Below are positions 39,155 to 52,600 of a stretch of DNA of 64,000 nucleotides, piece by piece. Each line of letters opens with the position of its first letter. Within the stretch, counting starts at the first letter, position 1. Location of the stretch: assembly GCF_009914755.1 (NCBI RefSeq), contig NC_060948.1. One strand, written 5' to 3'. The position numbers and the translations under genes are program-made. Below the pieces are notes generated by a model, which worked only from the letters and a program-made list of their open reading frames with translations, made no database searches and was not told the DNA's origin. This DNA is from the human T2T-CHM13v2.0 reference genome, Homo sapiens.

Positions 39155-41142
39155 GTCCTCTAATGGAATGGATTCGAGTGGAATGGAATCGAATATAATG
39201 GAGTCGAATTAAATGGAATTGAAAGGAATGGGACCGAATACAATGGAATATACTGGAATGTAATGTAATGAACTCGAATGTAATTGACTGGAATGGAATG
39301 TACATGAATGGAATGTAATCGAATGGAAAGTAATCCAATGGAATAGAATCTAATGCAATAAAATCGACTCAAATAGAGTAGAATGTAATGGAATGGAGTG
39401 CAGTGCAATGGAATGGAATGGAATGGAATGCAATGGAATGGAATTGAATGGAATGGAATGGGATGGAATGGTATGGAATGGATAGTAATGGACTGGAGTG
39501 AAATGGACTGGAAAGGAATGGACTCAAATGGAAAGGGCTCGAAAGGAATGGAGACAAATGGAATGGAATGGAACAGAGAGCAATGGTATAGAATGGAATG
39601 GAATCATCTGGAATGGAATTGAATGGAATGGAATAATATGAAATGGAATGGAATGGAATGGAATGGAATGCCCTTGAATTAAATGGACTGGAATGGAATG
39701 GACTCGAACAGAGTGGAATGGAAAGTGTTGAGATAGAATGGAATGGACTCTTTTAGAATGGTCTAGTATGCAATGCAATCGACTGGCAGGGAATCAAAGG
39801 AATGTAATCGAATGGATTGGACTGGAATGCAATGGACTCGAATAGATTGGAAACGGAATGCAAAGGAATGGAATGGAATAGTATGGAATGGAATGGAAAG
39901 GAATGGAGTGGAATAGACTAGAGTGGAATGGAATGGACTGGAAAGCAATGGACTGGAATGGAACTTTCTTGAATGGACTGGAATCAAACGGAATGGAATG
40001 CAATGCAATCAAATGGCATGGAATAAAATAGAATGAAAGAGAATCAAATGGAATTGAATCGAATGGAATCGAATGGATTGGAAAGGAATAGAATGGAATG
40101 GAATGGAATTGACTCAAATGGAATGGACTAGAATGGAATGGATTCGAATGGAAGGCAAAGGAATGGAATCTATTGGAATGGACAGTAATGGAATGGAATG
40201 GAAGGGATTGGAATGGACTGGAATGGAATGGACTGCAATAGAAAGGATTCGAATGGAATGAAAAAGAATTGAATGGAATAGAACAGAATGGAATCAAATC
40301 GAATGAAATGGAATGGAATGAAATGGAATGGAAAGGATTCGAATGGAATGCAATCGAATGGAATGGAATCGAACGGAATGGAATAAAATGGAAGAAAACT
40401 GGCAAGAAATGGAATCGAAATGAATGGAGTGTTATGGAACGGACTCAAAAGGAATTGAATGTAATAGAATGGAGTGGAGTGGACTCGAATATAATGGACT
40501 GGAATGGAATGAAATCACATGGAATGGGAACGAATGGAATGGAATGGAAAGGAATGGAATCGAATGGAAAGGAATCGAATGGAAGGGAATGAAATTGAAT
40601 CAACAGGAATGGAAGGGAATAGAATAGACGGTAATGGAATGGACTCGAATAGAATGGACACGAATGCTCAAATTGAATGGACTCGAATGGAATGGAAACG
40701 AAAGGAATGTCATCGAATGGAATTGAATCGATTGGAATGAAATCGCATAGAATGGAGTGGAATCAAATGGAATTGAATCGAAAGGAAAGGAAGCGAATGG
40801 ACTGAAATGAAATGGAATGGAATTGAATGGAAAGTAATGCAATGGAATAGAATGGAACGAAATTTCACGGAATGGAATCAAACTGAATGGAATCAAATCA
40901 ATGGAATCTAATCAAATGGAATGGAAAGGAATTGAATGGAGTAGATTGGATTGGATGGGATTGGAATGATATGTACTGGAAAGGACTCGAATTTCATGAA
41001 ACGGAATGGAATGAATTGGAACGGAATGGACTCGAATGGAATGGAATGTCATGGAATGGCATCAAATGGAATGGCATCAAATGGAATGGAATCGAATGCA
41101 ATGGAATGTTATGGAATGGAATGGAATGCATTGGAATGGAAT
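39155..41142 (+). repeat. DYZ1: Internally deleted monomer, 1988 bp
   Basis: At 39540-39566, AAAGGGCTCGAAAGGAATGGAGACAAATGG (unit-1 equivalent ~474) runs directly into AATGGAACAGAGAGCAATGG (unit-1 equivalent ~2041). The HaeIII/EcoRI-containing segment is missing. Confidence 0.92.
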
Positions 41143-44100
41143 GTCCTCTAATGGAATGGATTCGAGTGGAATGGAATCGAATATAATGGAGTCGAATGAA
41201 ATGGAATTGAAAGGAATGGGATCGAATACAATGCAATATACTGGAATGTAATGTAATGAACTCGAATGTAATTGACTGGAATGGAATGTACATGAATGGA
41301 ATATAATCGAATGGAAAGTAATCCAATGGAATAGAATCTAATGCAATAAAACCGACTCAGATAGAGTAGAATGTAATGGAATGGAGTGCAGTGCAATGGA
41401 ATGGAATGGAATGGAATGCAATGGAATGGAATGGAATGGAATGGAATGGAATGGAATGGAATGGGATGGAATGGGATGGAATGGATAGTAATGGACTGGA
41501 GTGAAATGGACTGGAAAGGAATGGACTCAAATTGAAAGGGCTCGAAAGGAATGGAGTCAAATGGAATGGTCTGGAATGGAATGAACACGAATGTAATGCA
41601 ATCCAATAGAATGGAATCGAATGGCATGGAATATAAAGAAATGGAATCGAAGAGAATGGAAACAAATGGAATGGAATTGAATGGAATGGAATTGAATGGA
41701 ATGGGAAGGAATGGAGTGAAATTGTATGCAGTAGAAGGGAATAGAATGGAATGCAAGCGAAAGGAAAGGAATGGATTGGAATGGAATGGAATTCATTGGA
41801 ATGGAAGGGAATGTAGTGTAATGGACAGGCCTGGAATAAAGTGGAATGCTACGGTCTCGAATGGAATAAAAATGTATGGAATGGAATGCAATGAAACGGA
41901 ATCGAATGTCATAGAATGTAATGGAATGCAAAAAAATGGAATCCAAAATCATTGACTGGAAAGGCTGGGTGTCGAAAGGAATTGACTCCAATGGAATGGA
42001 ATCGAATGGAATGGAAGTGAATAGAATCGAACTAAATCGAATGGAATGGAATTGATAGGAACGGAATGGAAAGGAATGCAATGATTTGGCATGGAATGGA
42101 ATCGAATGGCATCGAATGGAATGGAATGGAATGCAATGGAATGGAATGTATTAGAATGGAATGAACTTTAATGGAATGTACTCGAATGGATTCGACTGGA
42201 ATGGAATGTTCTGAAAGTGAATGGACTCCAATGGAATGGATTCAAAAGGAATGGAATCGTACGGAATGGAATCTAATGGAATGGAATTAAATGGAAGTGA
42301 ATCAAATTGAATAGCACGGAATTGAATTGAATGGAATGGAATGCAATGGAATCTAATGAAACGGAAAGGAAAGGAATGGAATGGAATGGAATGGGCTGGA
42401 ATGGAAAGGAATCGAAACGAATGGAATGGAATCGAACTGAAGAGACTGGAATGGAATGCACTGGAATGGAAGGGAGTGTAATGGAAGGTTCTCGAAAAAA
42501 ATGGAATCGAATGGAATGGAATTGAATGGAACGGAATAGAGTCGAATGGAATTGAATGGAATGGAATGGACTAGAATGAAATGGATTCGAACCACAAGGA
42601 ATGGAGAGGAATAGAATGGTCTCGAATTGAATGGAATCGTATGGAATGGCATCAAACGGAATGGAATGGACAGCCACGGAATGGAATGCACTCGAATGCA
42701 ATGGAGTCGAAACTAATGGACTGGAATAGAATGGACTCGACTGGTACGGACTCCAATGGAATGGAATCGAATGGAAGGGAATCGAACGGAATGGACTCGA
42801 AGGGAAAAGACTGCAATGGAAAGGTCTCGAATGGAATGGAAATTAATGGAATGGAATGGAATCGAATGAAATGGAGTCAAAAGGAATGGAATCGAATGGC
42901 AAGAAATCGAATGTAATGGAATCGCAAGGAATTGATGTGAACGGAACGGAATGGAATGGAATCCAAAGGAATGGAATAGAATGGAATGGAATCGAATGGA
43001 AAGGACTCGAATGGAAATCACTCGAATAGAATGCAATTTAATGAAATAGGATCAAATGAAATGGAATGGAATGGAAAGGAATCGAAACGAAAGGAATGGA
43101 GACAGATGGAATGGAATGGAAGAGAGAGCAATGGTATAGAATGGAATGGAATCATCTAGAATGTAATTGAATGGAATGGAATAATATGAAGTGGAATGGA
43201 ATGGAATGGAATGGAATGCCCTTGAATTAAATGGACTGGACTCGAACAGAGTGGAATGGAAAGTGTTGAGATAGAATGGAATGGACTCCTTTGGAATGGT
43301 GTAGTATGCAATGCAATCGACTGACAGGGAATCAAAAGGAATGTAATCGAATGGATTGGACTGGAATGCAATGGACTCGAATAGATTGGAAACGGAATGC
43401 AAAGGAATGGAATGGAATAGTATGGAATGGAATGGAAAGGAATGGAGTGGAATAGACTAGAGTGGAATGGAATGGACTCGAAAGCAATGGACTGGAATGG
43501 AACTTTCTTGAATGGACTGGAACCAAACGGAATGGAATGCAATGCAATCAAATGGCATGGAATAAGATAGAATGAAAGAGAATCAAATGGAATTGAATGG
43601 AATTTAATCGAATGGATTGGAAAGGAATAGAATGGAATGGAATGGAATTGACTCAAATGGAATGGACTAGAATGGAATGGATTCGAATGGAAGGCAAAGG
43701 AATGGAATCTATTGGAATGGACTGTAATGGAATGCAATGGAAGGGATTGGAATGGACTCGAATGGAATGGACTGCAATAGAAAGGATTCGAATGGAATGA
43801 AAAAGAATTGAATGGAATAGAACAGAATGGAATCAAATCGAATGAAATGGAATGGAATAGAAAGGAATGGAATGAAATGGAATGGAAAGGATTCGAATGG
43901 AATGCAATCGAATGGAATGGAATCGAACGGAATGGAATAAAATGGAAGAAAACTGGCAAGAAATGGAATCGAAATGAATGTAGTGTTATGGAACGGACTC
44001 AAAAGGAATTGAATGTAATAGAATGGAGTGGAGTGGACTCGAATATAATGGACTGGAATGGAATGAAATCACATGGAAAGGGAAAGAATGGAATGGAATG

Positions 44101-44696
44101 GAAAGGAATGGAATTGAATGGAAAGGAATCGAACGGAAGGGAATGAAATTGAATCAACAGGAATGGAAGGGAATAGAATAGACGGTAATGGAATGGACTC
44201 GAATAGAATGGACACGAATGCTCAAATTGAATGGACTCGAATGGAATGGATACGAAAGGAATGTCATCGAATGGAATTGAATCGATTGGAATGAAATTGC
44301 ATAGAATGGAGTGGAATCAAATGGAATTGAATCGAAAGGAAAGGAAGCGAATGGACTGAAATGAAATGGAATGGAATTGAATGGAAAGTAATGCAATGGA
44401 ATAGAATGGAACGAAATTTCACGGAATGGAATCAAACTGAATGGAATCAAATCAATGGAATCAAATCAAATGGAATGGAAAGGAATTGAATGGAGTAGAT
44501 GGGATTGGATGGGATTGGAATGAAATGTACTGGAAAGGACTCGAATTTCATGAAACGGAATGGAATGAATTGGAACGGAATGGACACGAATGGAATGGAA
44601 TGTCATGGAATGGCATCAAATGGAATGGCATCAAATGGAATGGAATCGAATGCAATGGAATGCTATGGAATGGAATGGAATGCATTGGAATGGAAT

Positions 44697-46674
44697 GTCC
44701 TCTAATGGAATGGATTCGAGTGGAATGGAATCGAATATAATGGAGTCGAATTAAATGGAATTGAAAGGAATGGGACCGAATACAATGGAATATACTGGAA
44801 TGTAATGTAATGAACTCGAATGTAATTGACTGGAATGGAATGTACATGAATGGAATGTAATCGAATGGAAAGTAATCCAATGGAATAGAATCTAATGCAA
44901 TAAAATCGACTCAAATAGAGTAGAATGTAATGGAATGGAGTGCAGTGCAATGGAATGGAATGGAATGGAATGCAATGGAATGGAATTGAATGGAATGGAA
45001 TGGGATGGAATGGTATGGAATGGATAGTAATGGACTGGAGTGAAATGGACTGGAAAGGAATGGACTCAAATGGAAAGGGCTCGAAAGGAATGGAGACAAA
45101 TGGAATGGAATGGAACAGAGAGCAATGGTATAGAATGGAATGGAATCATCTGGAATGGAATTGAATGGAATGGAATAATATGAAATGGAATGGAATGGAA
45201 TGCCCTTGAATTAAATGGACTGGAATGGAATGGACTCGAACAGAGTGGAATGGAAAGTGTTGAGATAGAATGGAATGGACTCTTTTAGAATGGTCTAGTA
45301 TGCAATGCAATCGACTGGCAGGGAATCAAAGGAATGTAATCGAATGGATTGGACTGGAATGCAATGGACTCGAATAGATTGGAAACGGAATGCAAAGGAA
45401 TGGAATGGAATAGTATGGAATGGAATGGAAAGGAATGGAGTGGAATAGACTAGAGTGGAATGGAATGGACTGGAAAGCAATGGACTGGAATGGAACTTTC
45501 TTGAATGGACTGGAATCAAACGGAATGGAATGCAATGCAATCAAATGGCATGGAATAAAATAGAATGAAAGAGAATCAAATGGAATTGAATCGAATGGAA
45601 TCGAATGGATTGGAAAGGAATAGAATGGAATGGAATGGAATTGACTCAAATGGAATGGACTAGAATGGAATGGATTCGAATGGAAGGCAAAGGAATGGAA
45701 TCTATTGGAATGGACAGTAATGGAATGGAATGGAAGGGATTGGAATGGACTGGAATGGAATGGACTGCAATAGAAAGGATTCGAATGGAATGAAAAAGAA
45801 TTGAATGGAATAGAACAGAATGGAATCAAATCGAATGAAATGGAATGGAATGAAATGGAATGGAAAGGATTCGAATGGAATGCAATCGAATGGAATGGAA
45901 TCGAACGGAATGGAATAAAATGGAAGAAAACTGGCAAGAAATGGAATCGAAATGAATGGAGTGTTATGGAACGGACTCAAAAGGAATTGAATGTAATAGA
46001 ATGGAGTGGAGTGGACTCGAATATAATGGACTGGAATGGAATGAAATCACATGGAATGGGAACGAATGGAATGGAATGGAAAGGAATGGAATCGAATGGA
46101 AAGGAATCGAATGGAAGGGAATGAAATTGAATCAACAGGAATGGAAGGGAATAGAATAGACGGTAATGGAATGGACTCGAATAGAATGGACACGAATGCT
46201 CAAATTGAATGGACTCGAATGGAATGGAAACGAAAGGAATGTCATCGAATGGAATTGAATCGATTGGAATGAAATCGCATAGAATGGAGTGGAATCAAAT
46301 GGAATTGAATCGAAAGGAAAGGAAGCGAATGGACTGAAATGAAATGGAATGGAATTGAATGGAAAGTAATGCAATGGAATAGAATGGAACGAAATTTCAC
46401 GGAATGGAATCAAACTGAATGGAATCAAATCAATGGAATCTAATCAAATGGAATGGAAAGGAATTGAATGGAGTAGATTGGATTGGATGGGATTGGAATG
46501 ATATGTACTGGAAAGGACTCGAATTTCATGAAACGGAATGGAATGAATTGGAACGGAATGGACTCGAATGGAATGGAATGTCATGGAATGGCATCAAATG
46601 GAATGGCATCAAATGGAATGGAATCGAATGCAATGGAATGTTATGGAATGGAATGGAATGCATTGGAATGGAAA
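44697..46674 (+). repeat. DYZ1: Second copy of the internally deleted monomer, 1978 bp
   Basis: Same junction at 45082-45108. It is 10 bp shorter than the first copy because the GGAAT run near 45185 has two fewer pentamers. Confidence 0.92.
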
Positions 46675-49600
46675 GTCCTCTAATGGAATGGATTCGAGTG
46701 GAATGGAATCGAATATAATGGAGTCGAATGAAATGGAATTGAAAGGAATGGGATCGAATACAATGCAATATACTGGAGTGTAATGTAATGAACTCGAATG
46801 TAATTGACTGGAATGGAATGTATATGAATGGAATATAATCGAATGGAAAGTAATCCAATGGAATAGAATCTAATGCAATAAAACCGACTCAGATAGAGTA
46901 GAATGTAATGGAATGGAGTGCAGTGCAATGGAATGGAATGGAATGGAATGCAATGGAATGGAATGGAATGGAATGGAATGGAATGGAATGGAATGGAATG
47001 GGATGGAATGGGATGGAATGGATAGTAATGGACTGGAGTGAAATGGACTGGAAAGGAATGGACTCAAATTGAAAGGGCTCGAAAGGAATGGAGTCAAATG
47101 GAATGGTCTGGAATGGAATGAACACGAATGTAATGCAATCCAATAGAATGGAATCGAATGGCATGGAATATAAAGAAATGGAATCGAAGAGAATGGAAAC
47201 AAATGGAATGGAATTGAATGGAATGGAATTGAATGGAATGGGAAGGAATGGAGTGAAATTGTATGCAGTAGAAGGGAATAGAATGGAATGCAAGCGAAAG
47301 GAAAGGAATGGATTGGAATGGAATGGAATTCATTGGAATGGAAGGGAATGTAGTGTAATGGACAGGCCTGGAATAAAGTGGAATGCTACGGTCTCGAATG
47401 GAATAAAAATGTATGGAATGGAATGCAATGAAACGGAATCGAATGTCATAGAATGTAATGGAATGCAAAAAAATGGAATCCAAAATCATTGACTGGAAAG
47501 GCTGGGTGTCGAAAGGAATTGACTCCAATGGAATGGAATCGAATGGAATGGAAGTGAATAGAATCGAACTAAATCGAATGGAATGGAATTGATAGGAACG
47601 GAATGGAAAGGAATGCAATGATTTGGCATGGAATGGAATCGAATGGCATCGAATGGAATGGAATGGAATGCAATGGAATGGAATGTATTAGAATGGAATG
47701 AACTTTAATGGAATGTACTCGAATGGATTCGACTGGAATGGAATGTTCTGAAAGTGAATGGACTCCAATGGAATGGATTCAAAAGGAATGGAATCGTACG
47801 GAATGGAATCTAATGGAATGGAATTAAATGGAAGTGAATCAAATTGAATAGCACGGAATTGAATTGAATGGAATGGAATGCAATGGAATCTAATGAAACG
47901 GAAAGGAAAGGAATGGAATGGAATGGAATGGGCTGGAATGGAAAGGAATCGAAACGAATGGAATGGAATCGAACTGAAGAGACTGGAATGGAATGCACTG
48001 GAATGGAAGGGAGTGTAATGGAAGGTTCTCGAAAAAAATGGAATCGAATGGAATGGAATTGAATGGAACGGAATAGAGTCGAATGGAATTGAATGGAATG
48101 GAATGGACTAGAATGAAATGGATTCGAACCACAAGGAATGGAGAGGAATAGAATGGTCTCGAATTGAATGGAATCGTATGGAATGGCATCAAACGGAATG
48201 GAATGGACAGCCACGGAATGGAATGCACTCGAATGCAATGGAGTCGAAACTAATGGACTGGAATAGAATGGACTCGACTGGTACGGACTCCAATGGAATG
48301 GAATCGAATGGAAGGGAATTGAACGGAATGGACTCGAAGGGAAAAGACTGCAATGGAAAGGTCTCGAATGGAATGGAAATTAATGGAATGGAATGGAATC
48401 GAATGAAATGGAGTCGAAAGGAATGGAATCGAATGGCAAGAAATCGAATGTAATGGAATCGCAAGGAATTGATGTGAACGGAACGGAATGGAATGGAATC
48501 CAAAGGAATGGAATAGAATGGAATGGAATCGAATGGAAAGGACTCGAATGGAAATCACTCGAATAGAATGCAATTTAATAAAATAGGATCAAATGTAATG
48601 GAATGGAATGGAAAGGAATCGAAACGAAAGGAATGGAGACAGATGGAATGGAATGGAACAGAGAGCAATGGTATAGAATGGAATGGAATCATCTGGAATG
48701 GAATTGAATGGAATGGAATAATATGAAATGGAATGGAATGGAATGGAATGGAATGCCCTTGAATTAAATGGACTGGACTCGAACAGAGTGGAATGGAAAG
48801 TGTTGAGATAGAATGGAATGGACTCCTTTGGAATGGTGTAGTATGCAATGCAATCGACTGGCATGGAATCAAAAGGAATGTAATGGAATGGATTGGACTG
48901 GAATGCAATGGACTCGAATAGATTGGAAACGGAATGCAAAGGAATGGAATGGAATAGTATGGAATGGAATGGAAAGGAATGGAGTGGAATAGACTAGAGT
49001 GGAATGGAATGGACTGGAAAGCAATGGACTGGAATGGAACTTTCTTGAATGGACTGGAATCAAACGGAATGGAATGCAATGCAATCAAATGGCATGGAAT
49101 AAAATAGAATGAAAGAGAATCAAATGGAATTGAATCGAATGGAATCGAATGGATTGGAAAGGAATAGAATGGAATGGAATGGAATTGACTCAAATGGAAT
49201 GGACTAGAATGGAATGGATTCGAATGGAAGGCAAAGGAATGGAATCTATTGGAATGGACTGTAATGGAATGGAATGGAAGGGATTGGAATGGACTCGAAT
49301 GGAATGGACTGCAATAGAAAGGATTCGAATGGAATGAAAAAGAATTGAATGGAATAGAACAGAATGGAATCAAATCGAATGAAATGGAATGGAATAGAAA
49401 GGAATGGAATGAAATGGAATGGAAAGGATTCGAATGGAATGCAATCGAATGGAATGGAATCGAACGGAATGGAATAAAATGGAAGAAAACAGGCAAGAAA
49501 TGGAATCGAAAGGAATGGAGTGTTATGGAACGGACTCAAAAGGAATTGAATGTAATAGAATGGAGTGGAGTGGACTCGAATATAATGGACTGGAATGGAA

Positions 49601-52600
49601 TGAAATCACATGGAATGGGAACGAATGGAATGGAATGGAAAGGAATGGAATCGAATGGAAAGGAATCGAATGGAAGGGAATGAAATTGAATCAAGAGGAA
49701 TGGAAGGGAATAGAATAGACGGTAATGGAATGGACTCGAATAGAATGGACACGAATGCTCAAATTGAATGGACTCGAATGGAATGGAAACGAAAGGAATG
49801 TCATCGAATGGAATTGAATCGATTGGAATGAAATCGCATAGAATGGAGTGGAATCAAATGGAATTGAATCGAAAGGAAAGGAAGCGAATGGACTGAAATG
49901 AAATGGAATGGAATTGAATGGAAAGTAATGCAATGGAATAGAATGGAACGAAATTTCACGGAATGGAATCAAACTGAATGGAATCAAATCAATGGAATCA
50001 AATCAAATGGAATGGAAAGGAATTGAATGGAGTAGATTGGATTGGATGGGATTGGAATGAAATGTACTGGAAAGGACTCGAATTTCATGAAACGGAATGG
50101 AATGAATTGGAACGGAATGGACTCGAATGGAATGGAATGTCATGGAATGGCATCAAATGGAATGGCATCAAATGGAATGGAATCGAATGCAATGGAATGC
50201 TATGGAATGGAATGGAATGCATTGGAATGGAATGTCCTCTAATGGAATGGATTCGAGTGGAATGGAATCGAATATAATGGAGTCGAATGAAATGGAATTG
50301 AAAGGAATGGGATCGAATACAATGGAATATACTGGAATGTAATGTAATGAACTCGAATGTAATTGACTGGAATGGAATGTACATGAATGGAATGTAATCG
50401 AATGGAAAGTAATCCAATGGAATAGAATCTAATGCAATAAAATCGACTCAGATAGAGTAGAATGTAATGGAATGGAGTGCAGTGCAATGGAATGGAATGG
50501 AATGGAATGCAATGGAATGGAATGGAATGGAATGGAATGGAATGGAATGGGATGGAATGGTATGGAATGGACAGTAATGGACTGGAGTGAAATGGACTGG
50601 AAAGGAATGGACTCAAATTGAAAGGGCTCGAAAGGAATAGAGACAAATGGAATGGTCTGGAATGGAATGAACACGAATGTAATGCAATCCAATAGAATGG
50701 AGTCGAATGGCATGGAATATAAAGAAATGGAATCGAAGAGAATGAAAACAAATGGAATGGAATTGAATGGAATGGAATTGAATGGAATGGGAACGAATGG
50801 AGTGAAATTGTATGCAGTAGAAGAGAATAGAATGGAATGCAAGCGAAAGGAAAGGAATGGATTGGAATGGAATGGAATTCATTGGAATGGAAGGGAATGT
50901 AGTGTAATGGACAGGCCTGGAATAAAGTGGAATGCTACGGTCTCGAATGGAATAAAAATGTATGGAATGGAATGCAATGAAACGGAATCGAATGTCATAG
51001 AATGTAATGGATTGCAAAAAAATGGAATCCAAAATCATTGACTGGAAAGGCTGGGTGTCGAAAGGAATTGACTCCAATGGAATGGAATCGAATGGAATGG
51101 AAGTGAATAGAATCGAACTAAATCGAATGGAATGGAATTGATAGGAACGGAATGGAAAGGAATGCAATGATTTGGCATGGAATGGAATCGAATGGCATCG
51201 AATGGAATGGAATGGAATGCAATGGAATGGAATGTATTAGAATGTAATGAACTTTAATGGAATGTACTCGAATGGATTCGACTGGAATGGAATGTTCTGG
51301 AAGTGAATGGACTCCAATGGAATGGATTCAAAAGGAATGGAATCGTACGGAATGGAATCTAATGGAATGGAATTAAATGGAAATGAATCAAATTGAATAG
51401 CACGGAATTGAATTGAATGGAATGGAATGCAATGGAATCTAATGAAACGGAAAGGAAAGGAATGGAATGGAATGGAATGGGCTGGAATGGAAAGGAATCG
51501 AAACGAATGGAATGGAATCGAACTGAAGAGACTGGAATGGAATGCACTGGAATGGAAGGGAGTGTAATGGAAGGTTCTCGAAAAAAATGGAATCGAATGG
51601 AATGGAATTGAATGGAACGGAATAGAGTCGAATGGAATTGAATGGAATGGAATGGACTAGAGTGAAATGAAATCGAACCACAAGGAATGGAGAGGAATAG
51701 AATGGTCTCGAATTGAATGGGATCGTATGGAATGGCATCAAACGGAATGGAATGGACAGCCACGGAATGGAATGCACTCGAATGCAATGGAGTCGAAACT
51801 AATGGACTGGAATAGAATGGACTCGACTGGTACGGACTCCAATGGAATGGAATCGAATGGAAGGGAATCGAACGGAATGGACTCGAAGGGAAAAGACTGC
51901 AATGGAAAGGTCTCGAATGGAATGGAAATTAATGGAATGGAATGGAATCGAATGAAATGGAGTCAAAAGGAATGGAATCGAATGGCAAGAAATCGAATGT
52001 AATGGAATCGCAAGGAATTGATGCGAACGGAACGGAATGGAATGGAATCCAAAGGAATGGAATAGAATGGAATGGAATCGAATGGAAAGGACTCGAATGG
52101 AAATCACTCGAATAGAATGCAATTTAATAAAATAGGATCAAATGTAATGGAATGGAATGGAAAGGAATCGAAACGAAAGGAATGGAGACAGATGGAATGG
52201 AATGGAACAGAGAGCAATGGTATAGAATGGAATGGAATCATCTGGAATGGAATTGAATGGAATGGAATAATATGAAATGGAATGGAATGGAATGGAATGG
52301 AATGCCCTTGAATTAAATGGACTGGACTCGAACAGAGTGGAATGGAAAGTGTTGAGATAGAATGGAATGGACTCCTTTGGAATGGTGTAGTATGCAATGC
52401 AATCGACTGGCATGGAATCAAAAGGAATGTAATGGAATGGATTGGACTGGAATGCAATGGACTCGAATAGATTGGAAACGGAATGCAAAGGAATGGAATG
52501 GAATAGTATGGAATGGAATGGAAAGGAATGGAGTGGAATAGACTAGAGTGGAATGGAATGGACTGGAAAGCAATGGACTGGAATGGAACTTTCTTGAATG

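Larger units (their letters stand above)
37150..48230 (+). repeat. Tandem duplication of a ~5.54 kb higher-order unit (one full monomer equivalent plus one deleted monomer)
   Basis: Private variants recur at +5542: TAATGAAATAGG at 37501/43043, GGAAAGGGAAAG, GGATACGAA, GGGACCGAA, GACTCAAATAG, and the deletion junction at 39540/45082. The internal junction is bracketed between ~42606 and ~42783. Confidence 0.9.
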
